Sequence record: PZ671982.1
Strand: one strand, 5' to 3'
DNA: 43,947 bases
Source of the DNA: a phage
A program made the position numbers and the translations under genes. The notes under the pieces were generated by a model, which worked only from the letters and a program-made list of their open reading frames with translations, was not told the origin of the DNA and made no database searches. Shown here piece after piece: positions 27,372 to 36,185 of the stretch. Position 1 is the first letter of the stretch. Every line of letters begins with the position of its first letter.

Positions 27372-28792
27372 TTGCGCGCCTTTTTAGCTTTCATGTATTC
27401 CATTAGATCGTCCTGGATATCGCGCTTACTGTCGCGACGCTCGGCGACCAGTTCGTCCAGTGTGCCGCGCGCCTGGATAATGTAGACGAATACCGGACGA
27501 GGGTGTCCGGCTTGCATCTGGCGAACTGGCCCGATACGCTCCACGATCTGCGCAAAGTGCTCATAGTTCCAGGTGTCTGAGAAGATAGCAAGGTGGTGTC
27601 CACCATCCTGCAAGTTAAGGCCGTGACCCGCCGATGCCGGGTGTGCGAACATGATGGGGATCTCGCCCCTGTTCCACGCTTCCATATCCTTATTTCCTTG
27701 CTTTCCCTTACCCATCGCGACGCCGTGCGGGAATTTCTTCTTAAGACGTGCCAAGTCATGCTTGTACTGGTACGCGACGAGCAACGGTGCGCCGTTCAAC
27801 TCCTCCACGATACTTTCCAGCGCGTCCAGTTTAGCGTCGTGAATTTTCACCCATTCGTCGGTGCGCTCGCCGTCTTCGTCGACTTTATACACGGCCCCAG
27901 AAGCAAGCTGAAGGCACTTAATAGTCTTCGATGCCGCGTTCGCCGCTTCCACTGTTCCGCTTTCCAGTTCGGCAAATAGCTCGCTTTCAAACTGGTCGTA
28001 AATCTTGCGGGCTTTCTTCGGCAGATCCACAACAACCGGCGTATATATTGGCTTGTCACATCCGAAGTATTCAGCCGCGTCAACGGTGAGGGATACATCA
28101 GACAGGCGTTGTTGTATTTCTTTCTCGGAGTTCTTTAGCGGGGCGTGCTGCATAGTGAAGCTGCCAGGCTTAACAGGCTTGCTAATAAACCAGCGATCCG
28201 TAAATGCCGTATAGCTACTGCCGAGGCGTTCGCCACCATCGACAAACCACGTCTGACCCCATAAGTCTTTCAGCCCGTTGGGTGCGGGTGTGCCGGTAAG
28301 GTTAATCCAGCGCTTGACGTGCTTATGTGCGATCGCCGCCAGTGCGCGTGCGCGCTTACTACCCTGCTTGCTACGATAGCCTTTCAGCTTAGTCGATTCA
28401 TCGGCAACAACGACCGTAAAGGGCCACGCATCGCCGTAATAGTCTACCAGCCACTCAACCACATCGTAGTTAACACAAACCACGTTAGCGTCGCTCTCAA
28501 GCGCTGCGATACGGTCCTTCTCCGGCCCAGTGCCGTCTACGACCAGCAGGGATGAGAACCGCCATTTCTCCTGCTCCGGGGGCCAGGTGCCAGATGCAAC
28601 GCGCAGCGGGGCCAGCACCAGTACGCGGTCCTCCTGGTTGGACAGGATGCCAGTCTGGAACATTTTGTTTAACGCCCACATGGTCGCGCCAGTTTTACCC
28701 GACCCCATTGTCGCCCAAATATTACAACGCTTATGCTTGAGGATGAACGCGGTTATCAACTTCTGATATTCGCGACGTCTGAATCTTGCCAT
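27368..28792 (-). CDS. SNF2-family helicase
   Basis: Walker A GSGKTG, DEST box, SNF2-type LTGTPAPN motif; 474 aa. Confidence 0.7.
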   Translation of the reverse strand: MARFRRREYQKLITAFILKHKRCNIWATMGSGKTGATMWALNKMFQTGILSNQEDRVLVLAPLRVASGTWPPEQEKWRFSSLLVVDGTGPEKDRIAALESDANVVCVNYDVVEWLVDYYGDAWPFTVVVADESTKLKGYRSKQGSKRARALAAIAHKHVKRWINLTGTPAPNGLKDLWGQTWFVDGGERLGSSYTAFTDRWFISKPVKPGSFTMQHAPLKNSEKEIQQRLSDVSLTVDAAEYFGCDKPIYTPVVVDLPKKARKIYDQFESELFAELESGTVEAANAASKTIKCLQLASGAVYKVDEDGERTDEWVKIHDAKLDALESIVEELNGAPLLVAYQYKHDLARLKKKFPHGVAMGKGKQGNKDMEAWNRGEIPIMFAHPASAGHGLNLQDGGHHLAIFSDTWNYEHFAQIVERIGPVRQMQAGHPRPVFVYIIQARGTLDELVAERRDSKRDIQDDLMEYMKAKKARK

Positions 28793-28837
28793 ATCTCTAC
28801 GTCTCTCGAAAACGGCGGGCTTGTCCCGCCGTATTGA

Positions 28838-29011
28838 TTATTCTTGCGCTGCGCGGTAGCGGCGCTGCCGTTCGCGCTCTTTCTTATTGCGGCATGATTT
28901 GCACTCGGCACGATACCCATCGGGGCTGCGCGCAGTTTTGCCGGTGTATTTATGGAACTGGGACAGCGGTTTAACACAACCGCAATTACTGCAGCGTTTT
29001 TCTTCAATCAT
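28838..29011 (-). CDS. small zinc-ribbon protein (57 aa)
   Basis: ATG 29011 with RBS GAGGA; CSNCGC...CKSC four-cysteine pattern; basic C-terminus. Confidence 0.4.
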   Translation of the reverse strand: MIEEKRCSNCGCVKPLSQFHKYTGKTARSPDGYRAECKSCRNKKERERQRRYRAAQE

Positions 29012-29042
29012 TTCTAAAATCCTCGTTAGTGCTAACCTGCTC

Positions 29043-29071
29043 ACTATACTGTTAAGCGACCAATTCAGCAA
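29043..29071 (-). promoter_or_regulatory. sigma70-like promoter (TTGCTG-17-TATAGT) with ATTGGTTGC motif
   Basis: Read on - strand upstream of zinc-ribbon gene. Confidence 0.35.
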
Positions 29072-29330
29072 CCAATAAATCACAGTCGGCTATGTTGTCG
29101 ATAACGCGAACGTCCGCACCGCGGCGGGCCATTCGCTCATGTTCTCGTACCTGGTGCGGCTTCGGTTTGCCGCCGGGTCGCTTCACTTCGACGAAAACTA
29201 TCTTGCCGTTGATGATGATTATAAGGTCTGGCGCTCCCGCGCGCCCCTCCCATGCCACTTTACGGCAGAATCCGCCGACGGCTTTAACCAACTTCATAAG
29301 GTGACTTTGGATCTTGCCTTCTGGTGTCAT
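29052..29330 (-). CDS. VRR-NUC domain nuclease
   Basis: PDLIIIINGKIVFVEVKRPGGKPKPHQ matches the VRR-NUC PD-(D/E)xK signature; start ATG 29330 overlaps upstream stop (ATGA). Confidence 0.7.
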   Translation of the reverse strand: MTPEGKIQSHLMKLVKAVGGFCRKVAWEGRAGAPDLIIIINGKIVFVEVKRPGGKPKPHQVREHERMARRGADVRVIDNIADCDLLVAELVA

Positions 29331-29659
29331 TGTGCGTTCCTCACTCGGCATATCTCACCCGCAATATGCCCGATTAAATACGCCATAACCTCCTGGTTGT
29401 GGAGGTCCGGCGCAATCCCCCGGTCCCTCATGAGATTCATTGCTACGTGGGTGGCCTCATGAGGGACCGTGTGCATACTTGCGGTGTGTGGCATCCATAC
29501 AAGGCATGTTCCGTTGCCGAAAACGACGAAGGCATTGGCCTTAAAATCATCGATGCCAGGTTGATACCCGGTTATCCGCTTGCATTTTGCCGCCACCTCG
29601 TCAGCGCATGGCGAGACAAAAAATTCATATCGATAAACGTCTACTTTTACTTTTTTCAT
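29327..29659 (-). CDS. small HExxH zinc-metallopeptidase-like protein
   Basis: 110 aa from ATG 29659 (RBS AGGAAG); HEATH motif with nearby His residues; translationally coupled to VRR-NUC gene. Confidence 0.5.
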   Translation of the reverse strand: MKKVKVDVYRYEFFVSPCADEVAAKCKRITGYQPGIDDFKANAFVVFGNGTCLVWMPHTASMHTVPHEATHVAMNLMRDRGIAPDLHNQEVMAYLIGHIAGEICRVRNAQ

Positions 29660-29663
29660 AGTC

Positions 29664-31955
29664 TTACTTCCTGTAGCGATACATAACATCGCCCTCTGCG
29701 GCAAGCGGGAAGCCTTTCGCCCAAATAGGCAGGTCGCACATCAGCGCGCACAACTCCTCGGTTGTGTAGTCGTCAGTATCCGGCACTTCGGTGATCAATT
29801 CATCGTGTACGGACAGTACGATCTCATACCCCGCAGCTTCAACACCCGGCATGGACCATGCGAGGATATCGCGGCACAGCGCCTGCACGATGTTTTCCGT
29901 CAGTTTGCCGCCGTAGGTGTACTGGAATCCCCACTGGCGCGTCGTCTGATTCTCACCCTGATATTTAATGCGGGTGCTGGTGCGCTTCTTGCCGGTATCT
30001 TCGTCGATCTCGGTCGTCACTGACAGCGCAATGCCTGGATAACTCATGATGCGCCCCGACGGCAACTCAATTTTCAACCACCACCCCGCGGCGTTCGGAT
30101 CGTCGCGCTCCTCGTCGAAGGTAGGGTCGTGCTTCGCCTTCGTGCGGACTATCTTGAGCGCTTTCTTACCATCCGGGCGAACGTTCGCGCCAGCCCAGTA
30201 CGCTTTGCCTGGATTGCGGATTGCGCACAACACCGCGTCCTCAAGCTCTGCCCAAAAGGCTACCGTCTTCGGGTGAGCCTCGCGCCACATACGTTTAATC
30301 GCATCGCACGTAAGCCATACGTTTTTCGGCAGTATGTAAGTCGGGCGCTCGTCCTTCTTGCCAGGCTTCGGCGGTCGCTTCGCTTCGTTAATGCGGGCAT
30401 ATTCATAACCCCGTTTCGCCGCCGCCCAAATGTGATCGGGGAATGTGCCCTTCATCACTTCAGCCATCGCGTAAAGGTCGAGGCCCAGGTTTTTAGCGAA
30501 CTGCAAGAACGCCGCCACGCCACCACCATAGCCCAGGCCCAATTCGCACGCCTTACCGATCTGGCGTAAGTCTTTGCGGTTGGCTTTAATGTATTCCGGG
30601 TCAAGGCCGAACATCTTACCGGCAGTTTCACAATAGATATCGCGATCGGCCATAAACACCATGAGCGCTGTTTTCTCGCCAGCGATCCAGGCAAGGCCGC
30701 GCCCTTCCACGTTAGAATAGTCAGCTACAACAAACTTCTTACCCTTCGCCGGAATAATGCACCCGCGAACAGTCGAGGCCGTTAACTTCGATATGTCATA
30801 CGCCCAGTGCGCTGTCCCACGTAACAGGGAGTTGATGCCGTTGGTGAGCATGTGCGACCGCACCCAAAAGGAAATATCGCTCTCGCCTTCACGGCGTTTA
30901 ATCTTCCCTTCGTGGTCATCGCTATACTCGCCGCGTGCCAGGTTTTGCGGCTGAAATCCTTTGCCGGCCCAGCGCAGCGTGCGCTTTGCGCCGCCATACT
31001 GAAGACAACCACGGCGCCGACCATCGGCGGATAGGCCATTTACGAGCGGATTGTACTTAGTCGATGCCGTTGACGACGCACCGAGGCGCATCTCGATAAG
31101 CACTTTGCCTTCGTCTGGGAAGTCTGGATCTTCCAGCAGGTCGTTAAGCGTGGATTTCTGCGCGTTGTGGATTGTGAACGCAGGCGCGAGGTCGCGCAGT
31201 GCTGGCAGGAAGTCATTGCCGGTTAGCTTACCGCCGAAGCGCTCCCAGGCTTCCTCCTTCAATTCTTCCTTATGCGCCTGTACCGCTTTGATCGCGGCGT
31301 TCGCCAGGCCAACGTCCACATAGAAGCCACGGTCGTTGATCAACTGGTCAATAAGCAGGATTTCGTCTTCCTTCGGCGTGTTGCCCCAGTCCGGTATGCG
31401 CCAATAGACTTCCCTCATAGCGATGATATCCAACGCGGCATAGCGCAGGAATTTAGCCCACTCCTCTGGGTGCGTCTCGCGCGTGTAGCGGCGGATTTTG
31501 TAGGTTTTAGGGGTAGGCTTACAGAATCGTTTAATCAGCGCCTTGCCTGCCTTATCCTTCGCGTGATCTGCGTCAACGCCCAGCACCTGGCACTGCATAT
31601 CGAGGCTACCCGGCAACGCGTGTCGAAAGGCCATAATCATGGTATCTTCGATCTGGCACACTGGCAGGTCAATGCCCCACTTCTCGCGAATAACCAGGCG
31701 GTCAAACAGGAGGCCGTTAGCCATCACTATTTTTGCTTTCTTGCGGGAGACACGGCGGAGCGCCTTGCGCAGTTCCCGCGGCATTGTGGGGGACTCGGTG
31801 CAATCCCACGTCTGCACGCGGCCTTCGTCGATGGCGTATGTGCAAATCATAATCTCGGTAGTTGGGTGTTCCGCGTAGGCGTATGCGCCCACTTTCTTCA
31901 GGTCTACCGCGCTAAATGTTTCGGTGTCGAGAAACAGGCGTTCGAAGTCTTTCAT
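29664..31955 (-). CDS. DNA polymerase, family A, with 3'-5' exonuclease domain
   Basis: Exo I motif FLDTETFS; pol motif A VADYSNVEGR, motif B RKDLRQIGKACELGLGYGG, motif C VHDE; 763 aa. Confidence 0.9.
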   Translation of the reverse strand: MKDFERLFLDTETFSAVDLKKVGAYAYAEHPTTEIMICTYAIDEGRVQTWDCTESPTMPRELRKALRRVSRKKAKIVMANGLLFDRLVIREKWGIDLPVCQIEDTMIMAFRHALPGSLDMQCQVLGVDADHAKDKAGKALIKRFCKPTPKTYKIRRYTRETHPEEWAKFLRYAALDIIAMREVYWRIPDWGNTPKEDEILLIDQLINDRGFYVDVGLANAAIKAVQAHKEELKEEAWERFGGKLTGNDFLPALRDLAPAFTIHNAQKSTLNDLLEDPDFPDEGKVLIEMRLGASSTASTKYNPLVNGLSADGRRRGCLQYGGAKRTLRWAGKGFQPQNLARGEYSDDHEGKIKRREGESDISFWVRSHMLTNGINSLLRGTAHWAYDISKLTASTVRGCIIPAKGKKFVVADYSNVEGRGLAWIAGEKTALMVFMADRDIYCETAGKMFGLDPEYIKANRKDLRQIGKACELGLGYGGGVAAFLQFAKNLGLDLYAMAEVMKGTFPDHIWAAAKRGYEYARINEAKRPPKPGKKDERPTYILPKNVWLTCDAIKRMWREAHPKTVAFWAELEDAVLCAIRNPGKAYWAGANVRPDGKKALKIVRTKAKHDPTFDEERDDPNAAGWWLKIELPSGRIMSYPGIALSVTTEIDEDTGKKRTSTRIKYQGENQTTRQWGFQYTYGGKLTENIVQALCRDILAWSMPGVEAAGYEIVLSVHDELITEVPDTDDYTTEELCALMCDLPIWAKGFPLAAEGDVMYRYRK

Positions 31956-32122
31956 TGCTTAATCCTCACTACGGCGTCGGCGCTGCCGATCATGGAGAAG
32001 ATACCATCGGAAAGGGTTATCTCCTCGCCGTTGTTGCGAATCTCGGCAACGATGAAATACTCGCCCAGCATTTTGGACCATACCCGCATTCCGACTTTTA
32101 CTTCGCTGGCTTTAATACGCAT
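31952..32122 (-). CDS. small hypothetical protein (56 aa)
   Basis: ORF below the 60-aa table cutoff; stop overlaps polymerase ATG (ATGA); RBS AGGA. Confidence 0.35.
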   Translation of the reverse strand: MRIKASEVKVGMRVWSKMLGEYFIVAEIRNNGEEITLSDGIFSMIGSADAVVRIKQ

Positions 32123-32139
32123 TTTTCATTGTCCTATTA

Positions 32140-32165
32140 AAAAGCCCGCATTAAGCGGGCTTGAA
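32140..32165 (-). terminator. rho-independent terminator on - strand (GCCCGC-ttaat-GCGGGC + TTTTT)
   Basis: Read on - strand just downstream of SSB-like gene. Confidence 0.55.
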
Positions 32166-32180
32166 TAGTGGGCTTCGCCC

Positions 32181-32903
32181 TTAACGGCGGCGACGTTTAC
32201 GTGGTGCTTCGTCTTCGTCGTCTTCGTCCTCATCCTCATCGTCGCGCGGCTTACGACGTTTACGAGGTTTTTCATCTTCGTCATCATCGCGGCGCTTGGA
32301 CTTTTTGGACTTGCGCGGGCTTTCATCTTCGTCATCATCGCCCAGGTCTTCGTCGGAGCAAGAAGACCCGCCACCGCCGAAGGCTTCACCGTCATCACGG
32401 AAGCGTAAACCCAGCAAGCCAGCACCGAGTCCCTTGCCGTTGGTATTGTTCCACGCCCAAATATCCAAGGACACGTTGCAATAACAACCGGAGTAGATCT
32501 CCTGGCCTTCGATCTCGTCGCCTTCTACGGTCAGACCTTGTTCCGTCTGCTTCTCGCCGAGTGACGTTTGAATGACCGGCTGTTTGAACGATTTGGCGTT
32601 GATGTACAACATGCCTTCGAATTCTTCGGTTACTTCGTCGCGCTCGTCACCGTCGCGAACTGCGCATTCCTTAGAATCCTGGGCGTAGTGGCGGTCCATC
32701 CACTTATCAGCATTCTTCTCGGATTTCAGCTTGTCGGTGAGCACTGCGCGCGCTGCCGCTTCCACTTTGTCCACCTGCGGGTCTTCTTTATCAAGAAGAA
32801 TCACTGCGCGGTATGCCGGTTTTTGTCCATCCTGTTTAGGGGTATCACGTTCCCAAATTTTAAGGAAACATACGCGCACATTTTTCAGGTTGACTTTAGC
32901 CAT
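32181..32903 (-). CDS. ssDNA-binding-like protein with acidic/basic low-complexity C-terminal tail
   Basis: ATG 32903 (RBS GAGGA); C-terminal DDDEDE and KRR repeats; resembles phage SSB-like proteins that co-occur with Cas4-like nucleases. Confidence 0.5.
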   Translation of the reverse strand: MAKVNLKNVRVCFLKIWERDTPKQDGQKPAYRAVILLDKEDPQVDKVEAAARAVLTDKLKSEKNADKWMDRHYAQDSKECAVRDGDERDEVTEEFEGMLYINAKSFKQPVIQTSLGEKQTEQGLTVEGDEIEGQEIYSGCYCNVSLDIWAWNNTNGKGLGAGLLGLRFRDDGEAFGGGGSSCSDEDLGDDDEDESPRKSKKSKRRDDDEDEKPRKRRKPRDDEDEDEDDEDEAPRKRRRR

Positions 32904-32967
32904 TTTCCAATTCCTCATTTTACATGTATCGGGGTTATTGTAAGCCACCCCGTTCGGCTTGGTTGCT

Positions 32968-32996
32968 AATCTACTTGGTTGCGCCTAAGCGGTCAA
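32968..32996 (-). promoter_or_regulatory. sigma70-like promoter (TTGACC-17-TAGATT)
   Basis: Read on - strand about 60 nt upstream of ATG 32903; spacer contains CAACCAAG motif. Confidence 0.45.
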
Positions 32997-33007
32997 GCAC
33001 TTTTTTA

Positions 33008-34435
33008 TTAATTTTTTAAATCCTCGTCAGTAGCTTCAGACCACGCGGGGCGCGGGTCGTCGATAGGTGCTAACACCGGTTTAGCAGGTGCGCGCGTGAT
33101 TTTATCACACAGCTTCGCCCACACTTTCGGTTTTTCGTCCTTTAGCACCTTCTCGGCATCTGTTGGGCTGAGCAATGTTTCTTTGTACATCACATCGCGC
33201 TTGATCCGGGCCTTCGTGAATATTTCAATCACTTCGCTCTCGTCCGCCCACTTCCGGATCCCTTCCTTGCCTGCAACCATCTTGAGGCCCAGCGATTCGC
33301 CATCCCCAGCCATTACCGCTTTGAATACCGCGGACTCGATAGCCTTGATGTGCTGGCGCATTGCGTCCAGGCCTTCATATGCCTTGCGCAGTTCCGCCGC
33401 GCTCATAGAGCCGGGGGCCGCTTCTTTCTTGCCACGCTTCGCACGTCGGGCCGCCTTCCGGGCTTCGCGGGCCATATTGCGATCGTGGTTGGCGCATTCT
33501 TCCTCGGTCGCCACGCTCACGTCGTCTCCCAGGTCTTCGTCGGTTGCCGTTGGTGGTGTCATCGTGTCGATTGCAGCCTTCGCCCGGACGCTGCACTGGT
33601 CCGCAAATCTGCACCACTGGCACGCATCAACGCTGGGCCGGAAGTCAGCGCGGGTTAATCCCTTCTTGCCGCGGGCGTATGCATCGAGCGCGGCGATAGC
33701 ACGCTTGGACGCAAACTTCGCGAATATCTCCAGGGCTTCTACCGAAATATCCCACTCTGACGCCCCGCCGCAATACGGCTGGAAGATAACCAGGCGCACG
33801 GTCGTAATGTCGTACATGGTTTGCAGCTTGCGCAGCAGGCCGAGCGCGTACAACATAAGCTGTTTGTTTTCTTTTGCCTCGACCTTATGCCGCCCGGTCT
33901 TCAGGTCGCCCACTATCAGCATGTATGTTCCGTCGGTCTTTTTCATGACCATGACCATATCGGCAGTACCGAACGTTTTAATCCTGTTGCCGTCGATCTC
34001 GAAGCCTGGGTGAAGGACGCAGGTCAGATCGGCGCGCATCTCAAGCTGAACAAACTCCGCCACTTCGAGGAGCGGTCGCCAGTGGTCGATGTACGCGTCG
34101 CACTGTTTCACCATGTCGTCGTTGACCAGTACGCCGCCTTTCGGTGCTTTCGGGTGTGCCTTTACCGGTCCCTTGCCTTCGTTCTCGACGTAACATCCTT
34201 TATACGTCTTCGCGGTTATTTTCTTCTCACCGGCGATAATGCGGTTTAGCACCACTTCAGATACGGTGTGCGTACTCGTACCGTTAATCGCCGCTTGCCC
34301 GGATTCGTTCGGGATATCTTTTTCCACCACCAGGGCGGCGGGACACCCCATCCACTTTTTAGCACCGGATGGGCCAAGTAATGAGTGTTCCGTATTGCTG
34401 CCGGATTGCGTTTTGCGTTTTGGTTTAATCGCCAT
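33008..34435 (-). CDS. Cas4/RecB-like PD-(D/E)xK exonuclease with Fe-S cysteine cluster
   Basis: VGDLKTG...QLMLYALGL nuclease motifs; N-terminal Cys plus C-terminal CQWCRFADQC as in Cas4-type four-Cys clusters; 475 aa. Confidence 0.65.
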   Translation of the reverse strand: MAIKPKRKTQSGSNTEHSLLGPSGAKKWMGCPAALVVEKDIPNESGQAAINGTSTHTVSEVVLNRIIAGEKKITAKTYKGCYVENEGKGPVKAHPKAPKGGVLVNDDMVKQCDAYIDHWRPLLEVAEFVQLEMRADLTCVLHPGFEIDGNRIKTFGTADMVMVMKKTDGTYMLIVGDLKTGRHKVEAKENKQLMLYALGLLRKLQTMYDITTVRLVIFQPYCGGASEWDISVEALEIFAKFASKRAIAALDAYARGKKGLTRADFRPSVDACQWCRFADQCSVRAKAAIDTMTPPTATDEDLGDDVSVATEEECANHDRNMAREARKAARRAKRGKKEAAPGSMSAAELRKAYEGLDAMRQHIKAIESAVFKAVMAGDGESLGLKMVAGKEGIRKWADESEVIEIFTKARIKRDVMYKETLLSPTDAEKVLKDEKPKVWAKLCDKITRAPAKPVLAPIDDPRPAWSEATDEDLKN

Positions 34436-34612
34436 TATTCCACCCGTGTAAACTGGACAATTACATATTTCACATTTGCCAGGCCCGCTTTTTCGACTCG
34501 GCGCTTAACTTCATTTTGCGCGTCCACAAAGCAATTGCTTGCGTTGGTGTTTTCAACGATAAAAGAAGTGTGGTCATTTAATTCGTGGCATGTTGCCAGC
34601 ACGAAGAATTTC
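34436..34612 (-). CDS. small hypothetical protein (58 aa)
   Basis: ORF below table cutoff; RBS GGAG; stop overlaps next ATG (TAATG). Confidence 0.3.
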
Positions 34613-34613
34613 A

Positions 34614-34865
34614 TTATTTCGTCTCCCAGCGGTCAATTGTTTTTGCTTCGGATGCAACGGCGAAACGAACATATTCCAGATTGGAGTCCGCCCAAATATA
34701 AAAGTCGGGATTGGTAAAGGTGGTGCGCTTAATTTGCGCGGGGGTGTTGCGGCGTTTATCAATTACGGCAACGCGTGACTGAAAGCTGCCGATGCGTTCG
34801 AATAACCAATAATATGGGCGCTGGTCGCGGGAATCCACAGCCTCGATTAGCGTGAAGCGTGCCAT
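34614..34865 (-). CDS. hypothetical early protein (83 aa)
   Basis: ORF with RBS GAGGA, immediately downstream of an intra-operon terminator. Confidence 0.5.
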   Translation of the reverse strand: MARFTLIEAVDSRDQRPYYWLFERIGSFQSRVAVIDKRRNTPAQIKRTTFTNPDFYIWADSNLEYVRFAVASEAKTIDRWETK

Positions 34866-34885
34866 TGTCTCGTCCTCTAAAAATA

Positions 34886-34909
34886 GGCCCGCAGATTGGC
34901 GGGCCGGAA
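34886..34909 (-). terminator. rho-independent terminator/attenuator on - strand (GGCCCGC-caatct-GCGGGCC + TATTTTT)
   Basis: 7-bp perfect stem + T-rich tail between first early gene and rest of operon. Confidence 0.55.
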
Positions 34910-34913
34910 TATA

Positions 34914-35345
34914 TTAATCTTCCAGTTCGAAATAGGTTTCGACGATTTCTTTAAGATCTTTGTGGAAGTCTTCGACGTCGTCATCTTCCAGCTTGGCGAT
35001 TGATTTGATCTCGAACGCTTCCAGCAGGTCGTCAAATTCGTCGTTCGCATCGTCGTCATCACCGCCTGCGATAATCGCGGCATACTGTTTGATCTCGTCG
35101 CGCATCTCTGCCAGCGGATCGGCATCTTTCTTACCTTTGCCTTTCGCCGTGGCTTTTTTACCTTTCGCCGGTTTTTCGTCTTCGGCTTCTCCATCGTCGT
35201 CATCTTCTACGACTTCTTTTTTCGCTTTAGACGGCTTCTTGTCTTCCTGTTTACCAACGGCAGCGCCCACAGTTTCATAATGTTTAGCGATGGTTTCCAG
35301 TGCTACTACGCCGCGAGTAATCAGGTTTACGATTTGTTCAAACAT
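34914..35345 (-). CDS. highly acidic first-early protein (candidate DNA-mimic / anti-restriction)
   Basis: 143 aa from ATG 35345 (RBS GGAG); D/E runs DDDDGEAEDE, GGDDDDANDEFDD, EDDDVED; first gene after leftward early promoter. Confidence 0.55.
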   Translation of the reverse strand: MFEQIVNLITRGVVALETIAKHYETVGAAVGKQEDKKPSKAKKEVVEDDDDGEAEDEKPAKGKKATAKGKGKKDADPLAEMRDEIKQYAAIIAGGDDDDANDEFDDLLEAFEIKSIAKLEDDDVEDFHKDLKEIVETYFELED

Positions 35346-35541
35346 GGTATATCTCCGATTGGTTAAGTTTAGGTGTCGACCATTAACTTCGTCGGTGGCC
35401 TTAACATAGTGCCTGGTTGCGCGTTCTCCCTTTCGGGTAGTGGACCAGGTTATATAATCACGGTTGGGAATCCTGACACTTCGATCCGGCCCCTGCGTTG
35501 CCCCTCTCCAGTTTGCGTCCTGCATCCTGTCGACGAGGTGA

Positions 35542-35570
35542 ATATTAAATTGGTTGCAGAAGGGAGTCAA
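35542..35570 (-). promoter_or_regulatory. leftward early promoter (TTGACT-17-TAATAT)
   Basis: Hexamers read on - strand; about 190-nt leader to ATG 35345. Confidence 0.5.
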
Positions 35571-35684
35571 CAACTAATTTCAAAAAAAGCGCCGAGGCAA
35601 AATGCAACGGCGCTAACCAATAAGAGACAATGAGACGGGAATTATTATTACACGCGCGCGCGCCCGTTTCAATATCCAAAGGAG

Positions 35685-35713
35685 TTGACACTGTTTATTT
35701 TTAAGCATAGTAT
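35685..35713 (+). promoter_or_regulatory. rightward promoter (TTGACA-17-TAGTAT)
   Basis: Consensus -35 and near-consensus -10 about 35 nt upstream of ATG 35747. Confidence 0.55.
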
Positions 35714-35746
35714 GCGACCTGCACCCCGAACACACGAGACACAGCA

Positions 35747-36175
35747 ATGAGCACAAACGAGACCTTAAATCGCTGGAACCATAAGAAATGGCCCCACCAA
35801 ATTAACCGCGCCACCGAGGATGATAATACCATCGCTTTCGGCGATATGGACGCGGACCCTATGACCCCTGAGCAAATAGCCGCCGATGTGCTGTCAATGG
35901 ACCGACATACGGCTTCGGAAATAATCGTTGCTCTGATAAACGAAATAAGCGGCAGCTATAACGAACTGAATGACCTGTACGCGGAGCTTGACCTGTTGAA
36001 AGGTGGTGCTATCGCAGCGGTGCGTAAATCCGAAGAGGCAGCACGCGAGATGGCTATCGCCCGCGAGAAATATATGCCTGTCGTTAAGCGCCTGCGTGCG
36101 GAAGGCTTGTCATGGAATCAGATCGCCGAGATGACTGGAATCAACCGTTCTACAATCCGCCAGTGGGCTAAATGA
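35747..36175 (+). CDS. HTH DNA-binding protein (putative regulator)
   Basis: 142 aa; C-terminal GLSWNQIAEMTGINRSTIRQWAK helix-turn-helix-like segment. Confidence 0.55.
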   Translation: MSTNETLNRWNHKKWPHQINRATEDDNTIAFGDMDADPMTPEQIAADVLSMDRHTASEIIVALINEISGSYNELNDLYAELDLLKGGAIAAVRKSEEAAREMAIAREKYMPVVKRLRAEGLSWNQIAEMTGINRSTIRQWAK

Positions 36176-36185
36176 GACGAAAACA

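Noticed and set aside
31272-32168. 298-aa + strand ORF antisense to the DNA polymerase gene (also 23935..24609, 33096..34013 antisense to early genes)
   Set aside because: Overlap strongly supported - strand genes; no start-site signals; typical shadow ORFs in GC-rich coding DNA.
35373-35633. 86-aa + strand ORF in the divergent early control region
   Set aside because: GTG start without convincing RBS, overlaps the leftward promoter and leader; more likely non-coding regulatory DNA.
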